Shown here: positions 1 to 9,995 of the stretch, one piece after another
How the letters are laid out: every line of letters begins with the position of its first letter
Numbering within the stretch: the stretch's first letter is position 1
Virus record (IMG/VR): IMGVR_UViG_3300010399_000001
Location: 1-64,000 of that record
Length of the DNA: 64,000 bases
Direction: 5' to 3' (one strand)
DNA from: a virus
Translations under genes and position numbers: made by a program
Notes under the pieces: generated by a model
What the model was told of the DNA's origin: nothing
The model's database searches: none
Seen by the model: only the letters and a program-made list of their open reading frames with translations

Positions 1-1250
1 AGGACCCCGTAGGGGCTCAAGGGGGTACCTCCCACAACGCCATGGGGTGATATGCAGCGGGTGATCATCAGCGCTCGTCTCACGGTCGTGATAACGGCCT
101 ATCACCGAGCGGATATGCAGGGCGTGACATGCGGATATGCAGATCACCACCCCCCCTATGCTCTGCGGGATGGCGCAGCCCACCCCCGCCTGCATAGGGC
201 CCCCCCGCCCCCCTATATCACCCCCGGATTATCAAGGCTGATGCATTGCTAGATGATCCCTCTAGCGAGGATCTTCCACCATAATCGGGATTATGGGGGG
301 CCCTAGATGATCTTGCCCTAGCTGCATCACCCCCTGTATAGCAGCCTCTATAGAGCGCTCTATGGGATCTTGTTTTGGCTGGTCAGGCTCGGTCTCTATG
401 GAAGCTGTGTGCTATAGAGCGCTGTATAGCAGGGGGATTCCATCACGGGGGTGATCTCAGGCCGGCTGATCTCAGAATCCTGATGTGTAGGGGGGTGATG
501 TCACGGCCTCTATGGCAAGTCCTGACGATCAAGACCTTGACGAGGGACCTTGATCCTCCCTTTCGAGCCTCGCATCATGATCCCTCCTGGTTAAGATCCT
601 TTCCCTCAGCGACCAGGCCCTTCATATATAGAGGGTGCCATACAGGCCTCTATAGAGCATCGCAGCCATGATCCTTGATCTTGCCTCGATGATCTTGGTC
701 TGACGGATCTTGGTCTTCCTTGATCGACGATCTTGGTCTCTCATGATCGTCTAGACCTCGATCCCCCGCGCTGCGCGCGGTGATCTCCATCCCTTACCTC
801 TGAGATCTCACGGGGGTGAGGGTTGATCTATAACGATCGTGGGATGCAGCTAAAGCAGCAGGAGCGCCGCTGAGCGCTTGGGAGAGCAGGGGCGGGCGAT
901 TGCTTGCGCGGGGCCAAAGGATCTCGTCTCCGTCGCTCTGAGCGCTTTTGATCAGCTATCGCGGCCCCCCGCGCTGACGCTTTCATGATCAACCCCCGCC
1001 TGGCCGGCGGATCTTGAAGCGAGATCTCGCATAGCTCGGGGGAGCGATGCTGCCCCCTGCCCCCTAGATGGCCCGCAGAGAGGCCCTGAGCGCTTTTGAT
1101 CATGTCTGCGGCGCATCTCCGCCTCGGGCATGGGATCAAGCGGGAGCAGCGCTCTGAGAGCTTTTGATCATGAGCGGATGATCATGGCAAGCAAAGATCC
1201 CCCGCAGCATGATCGCTGGCGGGGGATCTTGGATTGCTTGATCGTTTGGC
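1..1250. other. Non-coding, compositionally biased terminal region (probable genome end)
   Basis: No credible ORF; G/C runs, TATAG words, about 38 GATC in 1260 bp by manual count, few AC/GT dinucleotides. Confidence 0.6.
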
Positions 1251-1259
1251 TCTAGATCA

Positions 1260-1532
1260 TCACCGGCCCGTGATCATCTTGACGATGCGCGCGATGATCG
1301 ACTGCTTGCGGATCTTGGTCGGCCGCTCGATCGAGCGCAGCGCTTCGGCCATCTCTCGCTCGGCCTGGCCGATGATCACCCAGACCTCATCCGTCATGAT
1401 CCTCATCTGCGCGCGGGCTGCATCGCGCTGAGCGCAGGCCGCCTGCCTGATCTGCTCTGCGGCAATCTCGCGCTGCGAATCCAAGATCCATCCGGCCGCG
1501 CCATCGATGGCCGACTGCGGGATCTGCATCAT
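1260..1532 (-). CDS. Hypothetical early protein
   Basis: GGAG RBS, promoter motif at 1572, hairpin downstream (about 1194-1230). Confidence 0.6.
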   Translation of the reverse strand: MMQIPQSAIDGAAGWILDSQREIAAEQIRQAACAQRDAARAQMRIMTDEVWVIIGQAEREMAEALRSIERPTKIRKQSIIARIVKMITGR

Positions 1533-1675
1533 GATCGTCTCCTCTGCTCTGCGCTCTCTCTGAGCGCATGAGAGCATCGTAGCGCTATGCAGGGTCAAAG
1601 CAAGCAGCCGACCAAGATCATCGACCAGTCGGTATCGAGCTGGGATCTGATCTTGGTCGGCTGCTGCTGATCTTG

Positions 1676-2224
1676 CTAGAGGATCTCCCCTTCAAGATCA
1701 CCGCAATCGTGAGCGGTCTGAGCCCAGACCTTGATCTCAACCTCCTGCGATGCATCGCTCAGCGCGCGGTAGAGCACTTCTTCGTCATCGCCTTCCATGC
1801 TGCCGACGCGCTCGTAGGCCTCTTCCACCATCATCTCACCGATCTTGGTAAGACCGTCCAACGAGCTGGAGGGTGCTCCCATGATCACCCGCAGATCATC
1901 GACGATCATCAGCCAGGCCATCGGGCCGATGACCGCGACCTCGACGGTAAGGGCCTGATCAATCACCCCGTGCATCAGCATGCGACCATTAGCCCGCTCA
2001 TCGAAGATGGCCATATCAGCGCCCGACCGCTCGATGCTGCTCTCGAAAAGGATCTTGGGTGAGCGGTTGAGATCCCGAAGCGCGGCCTCGCTCAGCTTAT
2101 CGCGCAGCGCATTGCGCTCCTCCGTCACCGCCGTGATGATCGCGCCCTGACGCGCGATGGTCTCGCGCGCCTCGGCCATCGCGCGCTCCAACCGGAGGAT
2201 CTCGCGCTGCTTGCGGATGATCAT
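1676..2224 (-). CDS. Hypothetical protein with N-terminal coiled coil
   Basis: ORF downstream of promoter motif at 2271; heptad-like N-terminus. Confidence 0.6.
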   Translation of the reverse strand: MIIRKQREILRLERAMAEARETIARQGAIITAVTEERNALRDKLSEAALRDLNRSPKILFESSIERSGADMAIFDERANGRMLMHGVIDQALTVEVAVIGPMAWLMIVDDLRVIMGAPSSSLDGLTKIGEMMVEEAYERVGSMEGDDEEVLYRALSDASQEVEIKVWAQTAHDCGDLEGEIL

Positions 2225-2640
2225 CTCATGCTCGCTCTCTGCTCTCTCGCGCTCGCCGATCGAGCGCTGAGAGCAGCGTAGCGCAGAGCGAGAGCAGCGC
2301 GAGCAGTCGACCATGATCCGCCGACGAGCGGTATCTATTCGGTATGCAGAGCGAGAGAGCAGCGCGAGGCCTCTGCGCGCGATGACCCCTCAAACGCTCT
2401 CAGAGCGCTCCTAACAAGATCGAAGGGCAGGGCCCATCTCATCTATCGCCCCCCATCGGGATCATGCGGGAGGAGCGATTTTGCCAGCGCTAACCCTTCG
2501 GCCTGCATATCAAGGGCTGGCGATCGAAACCGCTCAGGCCTTGATATGCAGGCCGTGATCCCGCATAGCGACGAGAGCGCAACGCAGAGCAGCCCCCCTC
2601 GGATGATCCCGAGGGGGGCTGCTCTATCGAAGGGAGCTGA

Positions 2641-3189
2641 TCAGGCCTTCGCAGAGGCCTTCGGCTGAGCGGCCTTGCGCGCGGCCTGCGGCTTGGGCGC
2701 GGGGGTCTCGGCCTGCGCGCTCTGCTCGGCCGGGGCCGCGCTCTGCTCGGCCTGCGCGGTCGGGGCCTTCTCTGCGGCCTCTTCTTCGGCCAGCATGCGG
2801 CTGAGCGTCGGGGGCACATAGTGCGGGCCCGCCAGGCGGAGCACGCCCTCGTCATCGACGCGAAGGAAGCCCATGACGTTATTGGCCTTGGCCCACGCCT
2901 CGTCCTTCGTCGCAACCCACTTACGAACCTCGGCCTTGGTGACGTTCGCACCGCTGCTGGGGTGGGTGATGGAACCCCCGTTACCCGCGCTGCGCTGACC
3001 GCTACCGGTGCGGCGGGTGCTGGCGATCTGGCCCGCCTCAACCCACTTCGACAGGTCAGCCTGCGCCTCGGCGAAGTGGGTGTCGTTCAGGTCGAGCTTG
3101 AAGGCCGTGCCATCGATCACGAGGGTGATCTCGTGCGTCGCCTCGGTGGTCGGGTCGAGGTCGTCGGTCTTGATCGTCTTGAGCGCCAT
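2641..3189 (-). CDS. lsr2: Lsr2-like nucleoid-associated protein (divergent)
   Basis: MALKTIKTDDLD...IDGTAFKLDL...LSKWVEAG matches the Lsr2 dimerisation domain; EVRKW...WAKANN in the C-terminal part. Confidence 0.8.
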   Translation of the reverse strand: MALKTIKTDDLDPTTEATHEITLVIDGTAFKLDLNDTHFAEAQADLSKWVEAGQIASTRRTGSGQRSAGNGGSITHPSSGANVTKAEVRKWVATKDEAWAKANNVMGFLRVDDEGVLRLAGPHYVPPTLSRMLAEEEAAEKAPTAQAEQSAAPAEQSAQAETPAPKPQAARKAAQPKASAKA

Positions 3190-3638
3190 GATCTTGCTCT
3201 CTCTCTGCTCTGCGCCGCGCCTCTTGCTCGGCCGCTGAGAGCAGCGTAGCGCAATGCAGCGCTGCCCGCACCTCGCGATTGACCTGCGCTCATGCGGCTG
3301 CGAGAGCGCATGAGAGCAGCGCTCAGCGCTGCTCTGAGCGCTCATGCGGCCGATCAGCCAGGCCGCTCTCACCGCGCGCAGAGCGCGAGCGCGCGCAATT
3401 AGCGCAAGATCCGTCATTGCGCACCCCCTTCGGGCAAGATCTTTTAGGGGCCGGCCTGGCATGATCAACTGCCGGCCAGGCTGCTATCGTCGAGCCTTCA
3501 TCCGCCAGATCATCGTCTTCACCCCTTCGTCTAACCCGTTCGATATCACGAGCCTGATGGCTCGGTCGTCGACCCCTTCGATCGTGGGAGCGGTCCCACG
3601 GGGTCGGTTTACCAAGATCGTCGGCGGGCTGGGTTCAT

Positions 3639-3760
3639 GATCAACAGTCGACTGCCGGCCTCTACGCGGCCGGGAGGGAGGTGGTCGGCGTCTATATATA
3701 GGTCGGCCAGCGTGTTTTTCGTTTTGGCGGCTCTATATAAGGGTCACCAGCGTGTTTTCG
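3639..3760. repeat. Dispersed non-coding element, copy 1
   Basis: Blocks GATCAACAGTCGACT, CGGCCGGGAGGG, TATATATAG, CGGCCAGCGTGTTTT and a second CCAGCGTG, shared with 9334-9433. Confidence 0.8.
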
Positions 3761-4200
3761 GATTTGCCTGCGTCGCCAGCGCTCTGCGCAATGCCCCCTA
3801 GAGCAGCCGCAGAGCGCTCTAGGGGGCATTGGATCATGAGTTGCGGGGCGATGCCCGCAAGGCTCGGGATCAAGCGGGAGGCTCGCTCTGCGAGCTTTGG
3901 ATCTTGCTCAGTGGATCTTCGTCAGATGACCATGATCATCTTGCAGTCGATCACCAGCACCGACTCCTCGTCCATGGTGATGATCTGAAACGATCCGCCC
4001 CTGCTCTGCCCCTCGTACGCCAGCTTCCAGCGCCCTCCCTGCTCGTCGATCGCGTAGTCGTTACCCTGCTCGTCTTCATGCCACTTGACGGTGCCCATGG
4101 TCAGCCCTTTATCGTCGTGCGCCCGCTGATCGAGCGCTGAGAGCAGCGTAGCGCTATGCGGGCGAGGGACACAAAGGTCGTACTTGTCCCACCCAACGCA

Positions 4201-4230
4201 AAAGACCCCCGACCGCAGCCGGGGGTCTTT
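4201..4230. terminator. Bidirectional intrinsic terminator
   Basis: AAAGACCCCCG...CGGGGGTCTTT inverted repeat next to the stop of 4241-4933. Confidence 0.7.
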
Positions 4231-4240
4231 CGATTGATGG

Positions 4241-4933
4241 TCAGTCGGTACCGTAGATCCCGCCGGGCCTGATGCACTCGGCGGGCGAGAGGGTCAGACC
4301 GTCACCCTGGACCATGATCTTCAGTTGCGGCATGAGCGACTGCGCGTAGACCAGGATCTTGACCAGCTCGTCCTCCAGGTCATCGACGCAGCCGCGACCG
4401 ATTAGATCGGCCACGTCCAGATCGTTCAACTCGATGCAGGTCGCGACCACACGCACCAGATCCGCATCGTCGCAGACCATGATCCCGGCGTTGCCGATGG
4501 GCTCGCGGATCATGTGCAGGTCGCCGCTCGACTCGATCTTGACGTCGATGGCGGGCTGACTCACGTGCCTGGTCCAGTCCTCGATGCCGTCGATGATCGG
4601 CTGCGCCAACCATGCGAGCGTGACGACCACCTCGCGCGGCTCCTGGGGGTTGAGAACGTAGTTGGTGACCCAGGAGTTGGCCTGCCCGGTCTCGATCCCC
4701 TTCGGCAGCGAGCCATAGTAGACGATCTTGGTGCCGACGAAGATCGTGATGCGACCCTTGAGCAGTTCGAGTTCGGCGGTGACCTGCTCACCACCGATGC
4801 ACAGCGGCTTGGCGTCCTTCAGGCTGGTCGCACCGGGGAAGTTGGGCTCCAGGTGAATGGTGCCGGGCTTGCGCGGGGCAACGTCACTGCTCAGGATGTC
4901 GTAGCCGCGCTCGTCGATGTACTCGGTCTGCAT
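4241..4933 (-). CDS. Hypothetical protein
   Basis: GAGG RBS, promoter motif at 4977, terminator downstream. Confidence 0.65.
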   Translation of the reverse strand: MQTEYIDERGYDILSSDVAPRKPGTIHLEPNFPGATSLKDAKPLCIGGEQVTAELELLKGRITIFVGTKIVYYGSLPKGIETGQANSWVTNYVLNPQEPREVVVTLAWLAQPIIDGIEDWTRHVSQPAIDVKIESSGDLHMIREPIGNAGIMVCDDADLVRVVATCIELNDLDVADLIGRGCVDDLEDELVKILVYAQSLMPQLKIMVQGDGLTLSPAECIRPGGIYGTD

Positions 4934-5071
4934 AGCCTCGCCTCTCTGGTCTGCGCTGCTCTCATGCGCGCGCTGAGAGCAGCGTAGCGCATGCATCCAG
5001 GGGGCACACCCCGCGCAGGCAGACGAGAGGGACCTCCGCGCAGTCTCACGCGGAGGTCCCCTCGGTTGCGC

Positions 5072-5161
5072 CTATCTACCGCCGCATCCTGCATGGCCGC
5101 AGCCACCGCACCACCCGCCGCTGTTGCATGCGCACGGGCAGGGCTTGGGTCGACCCTTCAT
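5072..5161 (-). CDS. 29-aa Cys/Gly-rich microprotein
   Basis: MKGRPKPCPCACNSGGWCGGCGHAGCGGR with AAGGAG RBS. Confidence 0.55.
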   Translation of the reverse strand: MKGRPKPCPCACNSGGWCGGCGHAGCGGR

Positions 5162-5178
5162 CTCAGTCTCCTTCCCAT

Positions 5179-5622
5179 TCACCAGGACAGGTTGCGCCTG
5201 CGCAGTTCCGCCTGGATCGCCTCCAGGTCGCGCTCTCTCTCGTCGGCCTCCTGCCAGTTGTTGCACTTGCGCCTGGCTGCTGCGTCGTAGAGGTCGAGCA
5301 GATCTTGATCCTGCACCACCTCGACCCGTCGATCGGTCTTCATGTCAGCCCCCTTCTCGTCTAAGGCGATCTGCCGTCTCGAATCACGCTCGGTCATCCT
5401 CGGCTCGAAGCGTTTTAGCGGCGGTCCCAGGTTGCGCCCCACCTCGACGTTAAACCTCTGCCGCCACTTGACTATGCTCGGCAGGGAGTAGCCGGTCATG
5501 GCCGCAATGTCCCTGGAGGGCTCGTTACGCGTCGCATTGATCAGGTGCTCCCAGTCGCGGTAGCCGCACTCGCGCGCCTTCGCATTGCGGACTTCCTCGC
5601 CGCGAATTGAGTTCTGGCTCAT
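5179..5622 (-). CDS. Putative HTH DNA-binding protein
   Basis: SRDIAAMTGYSLPSIVKWRQRF resembles an HTH. Confidence 0.5.
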   Translation of the reverse strand: MSQNSIRGEEVRNAKARECGYRDWEHLINATRNEPSRDIAAMTGYSLPSIVKWRQRFNVEVGRNLGPPLKRFEPRMTERDSRRQIALDEKGADMKTDRRVEVVQDQDLLDLYDAAARRKCNNWQEADERERDLEAIQAELRRRNLSW

Positions 5623-5632
5623 GGCCGACCTC

Positions 5633-6751
5633 TCAGTCGCCGATGTCGTACCAGTCGTCCCGACCGCACTCGGGGTTGTCACAGGTGGTGCGGTCACCGT
5701 ACGCCTCCTGCTTGTAGATGGTGCTACCGGTGTGGCACTTGGCGCAGTGGTTCTGACCCTCGAATCCGCAGGTCTGGCAGCGCGGGAAGGTCCAGCCCAA
5801 ACTGTGATCCCACGGGCCGGTCCCGTCCGCATGGCGGATTCCGTCGAGATGGTGATCCTCGTTGATCTGCCCGATGGTGACGCAGCCGGGCATCTGGTTC
5901 GACCAGCGGTAGAAGATGCGCAGAACGGGCTTCATGCACTTGTCGTTCCGGTCGGGGATGTAACCGGCGCAGTGCTCCTCATGCTTGACCAGCCGCACAC
6001 CCTCGAAGATCTCCCAGCCGCGCAGGAATGGGGTGAGCTTGCGCAGGATGACCACCGACAGGGTTTCGATACCGCCGGGGTACACCCCACCGCCAGCGAC
6101 GCGGTGCGTGAGCGGCTGGAAGTCCACGTCTGCAACCCAGCCGGAAACGTCGTTCTTGTAAAGTGCGACGATCCGCCCGACCTGCTGGTGGGGGTTGCGG
6201 CAGCGGTTGCGGTTCTCCTTGGGGTCGGGACTCTCCTTGTAGCAGTCCGGCTCCTGCGCCAGGCTATGCAGGCCGACGTGCACCCAGTCGCCGATCACCA
6301 GCGAGGTCTCGACTATGCGCATGGGAATCGCAGCGGCGCTGCCACCCCGGTAAGAGTGGTGCAGGTAGTACCCAGCCGCCTCCTCACCACCGCCTCGGTG
6401 CACGAACTCGACCTTGTGGTTACTGGGGATGCCGTGGAGGTCTCGCGCGAGTCGGCCTGCATAGCTGCGGGCGGTGGACAATGTCGCCCACTGTGCGTGA
6501 TCGGTCGCTTCGGCGTGGCCCGATTGGGCATTGACCGCGAGAGACTGGACCTGGAACAGGCGCAGCGGCTTGGGACCGTACTTCTCGGTCTCGTCTTCGG
6601 TGTACGGGTTGTGGTGCGAGCACAGCACCTTGCCGTCGATCTCGTACGCCGCCGGAGCGGTGCGCTTCTTGCCGTGGTAAGTGGTCTCCTTGTCGCAGCC
6701 CGGGAAGGTGCAAGCCAGCCCGAGCCCTCGGATGCTGATGATCGTGGTCAT
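5633..6751 (-). CDS. Cys/His-rich hypothetical protein (several putative Zn sites)
   Basis: CTFPGC, CQTC, CAKC and CDNPEC motifs; promoter motif at 6790. Confidence 0.6.
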   Translation of the reverse strand: MTTIISIRGLGLACTFPGCDKETTYHGKKRTAPAAYEIDGKVLCSHHNPYTEDETEKYGPKPLRLFQVQSLAVNAQSGHAEATDHAQWATLSTARSYAGRLARDLHGIPSNHKVEFVHRGGGEEAAGYYLHHSYRGGSAAAIPMRIVETSLVIGDWVHVGLHSLAQEPDCYKESPDPKENRNRCRNPHQQVGRIVALYKNDVSGWVADVDFQPLTHRVAGGGVYPGGIETLSVVILRKLTPFLRGWEIFEGVRLVKHEEHCAGYIPDRNDKCMKPVLRIFYRWSNQMPGCVTIGQINEDHHLDGIRHADGTGPWDHSLGWTFPRCQTCGFEGQNHCAKCHTGSTIYKQEAYGDRTTCDNPECGRDDWYDIGD

Positions 6752-7028
6752 GGTCGCCTCTCGTCTCGCCGCGCTCTCTGCGCGCATGTGAGCATTGTAG
6801 CGCTATGCGCGCTGAGCGCACCTGGACCAGTTCGTTGACCTTTGGTTTTGACCAAATGGTTGCCGGCCCAGCCTTTGCGGATCTTGATGCCGCGCGAGCG
6901 GCGGCAGGGATCATGCCCCTTGCGCGCGCTCAGAGCAGCGCTGAGCGCTGTGGATCATGCGCCGGGCACAGCGCAGCGCCCCTGCCCGGATCATGCGGGA
7001 GGGGCGCTGCGAGAGCTTTCGATCTTGA

Positions 7029-7346
7029 TCAGCCGGGCAGCTCGACGAGCCGACCTCCTAGTGATGCGATGGTCTCGACCAGCCTGGCCTGAGCCCCGGC
7101 TGACGCGATGATCCCGCGCGCACCCTCGCGCTCGACTCGGACGATATCGGCTTCGGTGCAGTAGATCTCGTCGGTCAGTTCGCAGTCGACGATCTTGCCG
7201 AGCATCAGCGGCTTACCGGGCTCCCAGCACCGCACGCGGGCGATGCTCTTGCCGCCGAACTCAGCCTCTGCGATCACCAGCCACTCGCGGCCGGACTCGT
7301 CGATGGCCAAGTCCTGACCGAACAGTTCCAACCAGTCAACTCTCAT
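7029..7346 (-). CDS. Hypothetical protein
   Basis: ORF consistent with minus-strand gene packing. Confidence 0.5.
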   Translation of the reverse strand: MRVDWLELFGQDLAIDESGREWLVIAEAEFGGKSIARVRCWEPGKPLMLGKIVDCELTDEIYCTEADIVRVEREGARGIIASAGAQARLVETIASLGGRLVELPG

Positions 7347-7501
7347 GATCCCTACCCCTAGTTTCACGAAACGGTCAGAACACTGAAGATCACCAGGGCG
7401 ACCGCGCTGAGCGCAGACGCGAAGCGGATCATGGCCGCGACTCGATCAGCGGCGCGCAGAACGGTCTTCATGGTCACTCCCTCGTGATCGCTGGTCGCTG
7501 C

Positions 7502-7921
7502 TCAGCCGCAGGACCCGCCGAAGATCAGGTGGTCGTCGATGCACAGCATGAACTCGCGGTTACCCTCGTAGTGCTCGACGCCGAAGAAGGTCTTCTCGCC
7601 GCCGAAGATCCAGCCGGTGTCGCCGGGGTTCTTGAACGCGGAGTAGTGCACTCCGGCGGCGACCAGGACCTCCAGGAGCAGGGCCACGGCGATCGCGACG
7701 ACCGTGGCGCGCTCCAGCGAGCGCTGCGACGGCAACAGGCGGCGCAGGGATGCCAGCGGGCGCACGAGCTTCCGCAGGTCGATACCCCGACCGGCCAGGG
7801 GCGCGTGACCGACCCGGCGGTGGGTGGTCGGGATCTTGCTGGCGGCGGCGATCGCATCGCGGGAAGCGGTGAGCGGGTTGAGCGCGCGAGCCTCGGCGAT
7901 GTGAGCGGCGGTGATGGTCAT
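7502..7921 (-). CDS. Membrane protein
   Basis: Hydrophobic stretch VVAIAVALLLEVLVAAGV; promoter motif at 7965. Confidence 0.6.
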   Translation of the reverse strand: MTITAAHIAEARALNPLTASRDAIAAASKIPTTHRRVGHAPLAGRGIDLRKLVRPLASLRRLLPSQRSLERATVVAIAVALLLEVLVAAGVHYSAFKNPGDTGWIFGGEKTFFGVEHYEGNREFMLCIDDHLIFGGSCG

Positions 7922-8037
7922 GGTCGTGAGCCTCCCGATCTGTGCGCGCTCTCTGCGCGCTTGTGAGCAGCGTAGCGCAGAGAGCGGCAAAGCGGACCCC
8001 CTTGCGGGTGATCCGCTTTGCCGCGCTGCCTGACCGC

Positions 8038-8997
8038 TCAGAGCAGGTGGGTGACGTGATAGAGGACCACCAGGTCCAGACCGAAGACCCAGTGCAGGAA
8101 GGTGCCGAGGCAGGCCATCACGACTCGCTCGACCCAGATGCCGGAGACCACGCCGAGAACGAAGATGACGATGATCAGATCCCAGCTGACGTGACGCCCC
8201 GGCCGTCCGACTGCGGGCATGATCTGGGTCTGACCGTCATTCGACGCGGCCTCCACCAGTCGCAGCACGTACTGCTCCATGCCCGGCTGGTCGTCGTCGG
8301 TCATCTCGCGATAGCGCGCCACCACGTCGTTGATGGCGTCCTCGACCGTGGTCTCCAGCAGGTCGGCGTAGATGCGCACCCTCTGCGGCAGATCGTCGGA
8401 CGTTGCGACCACGGCGCTGGCGGCCTGCTCCAGCGCCTCGGCGCGGGCGGTGACCAGCCTGGGGTCTACCGGCTCCAGGAGGGTCAGGATCGCATCAACC
8501 TGCTCGGCGCGAGGTTCGTCGATGACCGGGACCTCGCCATCGGTGTAACGGGAGTGCGGCTGGTCTTCGACACCCCACGCGGCGATGATCCGCTCGGCCA
8601 CCGCGACGATCTGAGAGTAGCGGCCGTCCTCGACCTCGGACCAGCGACCGTGGGTGACGTGGAACTCACCGTGCTCCTCGGTCACCGCGCTAGGCCAAGC
8701 CTGAACCAAGATCCCGACGACACCCTCGCTCGGGACGATCAAGATGTCGCCGTCCTTGACATCATCGTCGTACTGCGAGATGTCGTAGGCGTCGCGAGTC
8801 GAGTTGTAGAGCCGCGCGACGACTTCGCGCTCCACGTAACGGGTGACCGTCTTGGCGGGGTCGAAGTCTTCGCTGAACTCGAACTCCTTGTGCGTCAGCA
8901 CAGCGCCGACCGAAAGGCGGATCTCGGGCACGCTGCCGTTGATCGCCGCACGGATCTCCGCCACGATGTTGTCGACCTTGGTGTCGGTCTCGGTCAT
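8038..8997 (-). CDS. Hypothetical protein with C-terminal transmembrane segments
   Basis: 319 aa; promoter motif at 9039. Confidence 0.65.
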   Translation of the reverse strand: MTETDTKVDNIVAEIRAAINGSVPEIRLSVGAVLTHKEFEFSEDFDPAKTVTRYVEREVVARLYNSTRDAYDISQYDDDVKDGDILIVPSEGVVGILVQAWPSAVTEEHGEFHVTHGRWSEVEDGRYSQIVAVAERIIAAWGVEDQPHSRYTDGEVPVIDEPRAEQVDAILTLLEPVDPRLVTARAEALEQAASAVVATSDDLPQRVRIYADLLETTVEDAINDVVARYREMTDDDQPGMEQYVLRLVEAASNDGQTQIMPAVGRPGRHVSWDLIIVIFVLGVVSGIWVERVVMACLGTFLHWVFGLDLVVLYHVTHLL

Positions 8998-9333
8998 GAT
9001 CGCCAGCCTTTCTCGTCGCGCGCCCCTTGCGCGCTAGCGAGCATCGTAGCATACGGCGCGATGCCTGCGGACCCCGGCAGGCCAAGATCTTTGCGACCCG
9101 GCGCGCGAGGCAGCTTTAAATGCACGCATGCGCGCGATAGCAGATCCGCCCCCGCGCATGCACGAGGCTCCCTCAAGATCTTTACCACTCATGATCCACA
9201 GCGACCAAACGCCGTGATGATCTAGTCGTAGCAGGTTGAGACTGTAAGTCGCCGGCCCCTTACGTCACTGTCTTTAGTTAACGGCAAGCCGGCCGGTTCT
9301 CGACGCACAAGATCAACTGGCAACCGAGTCCAA

Positions 9334-9433
9334 GATCAACAGTCGACTCTCTATGCGCCCACTCGGCCGGGAGGGGTGGTGGTGTTTATATATAGAGGGC
9401 GGCCAGCGTGTTTTCAAAATGGCTACCAGCGTG
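9334..9433. repeat. Dispersed non-coding element, copy 2
   Basis: Same ordered blocks as 3639-3760. Confidence 0.8.
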
Positions 9434-9548
9434 CAGCTCCTGGCATGGCGACAGCCCCGGACGGGGGGGAAGACCGGGGCTGTCCAAGTAGCGCAGGGAG
9501 CGCCTTGCCATCCGGCCCGAGGGGTTTAAGCCGGATGGCCTCAGCGTA

Positions 9549-9995
9549 CTAGAACGGTTTCCACTCTTCTACTGGCGTCCGAACCCGCCAGCCATGGGAG
9601 CTGGCTATCTTCACCAGCATCTCCAGATCGTCCAGACCAACCTCTACGCGGCCCGGACGCAGCAGGCGGACGAATGAGCTGAGGTTGTCGCCGATCACTA
9701 CTCGCAGATCATCCAGTTTGTCGCCGTCGCGTGCACCGATCGGCATCACCGCGTCGGGATCTGCGATGTACCGTCTACCGGCTTCGGTGATCGTGTAGTA
9801 CGTACGGAGCGGACGCTTGAGGCCAGGCTGATCCTTCTCCTGGCGCTTGGTTATGAATCCCGCGTCCAGCAGGCGCTCGACGGTCGGATACAGCGATCCG
9901 GTTGCCACGTTCAGGGCCCGGCAGATCTCGCGGCCATACTGTTCTCCGTGTACTAGTTGGCCTAGCACCCGCCTTGGGAGCGTGCTTGCGCTCAT
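9549..9995 (-). CDS. PadR-family winged-helix regulator
   Basis: YGREICRALNVATGSLYPTVERLLDAGFI...RTYYTITEAGRR. Confidence 0.85.
   Translation of the reverse strand: MSASTLPRRVLGQLVHGEQYGREICRALNVATGSLYPTVERLLDAGFITKRQEKDQPGLKRPLRTYYTITEAGRRYIADPDAVMPIGARDGDKLDDLRVVIGDNLSSFVRLLRPGRVEVGLDDLEMLVKIASSHGWRVRTPVEEWKPF

Noticed and set aside
52-1139. Short ORFs in the terminal region
   Set aside because: No RBS or promoter motif; low-complexity sequence
5585-9225. Long plus-strand ORFs 5585-6838 and 7942-9225
   Set aside because: Shadows of minus-strand genes that have an RBS and promoter motif
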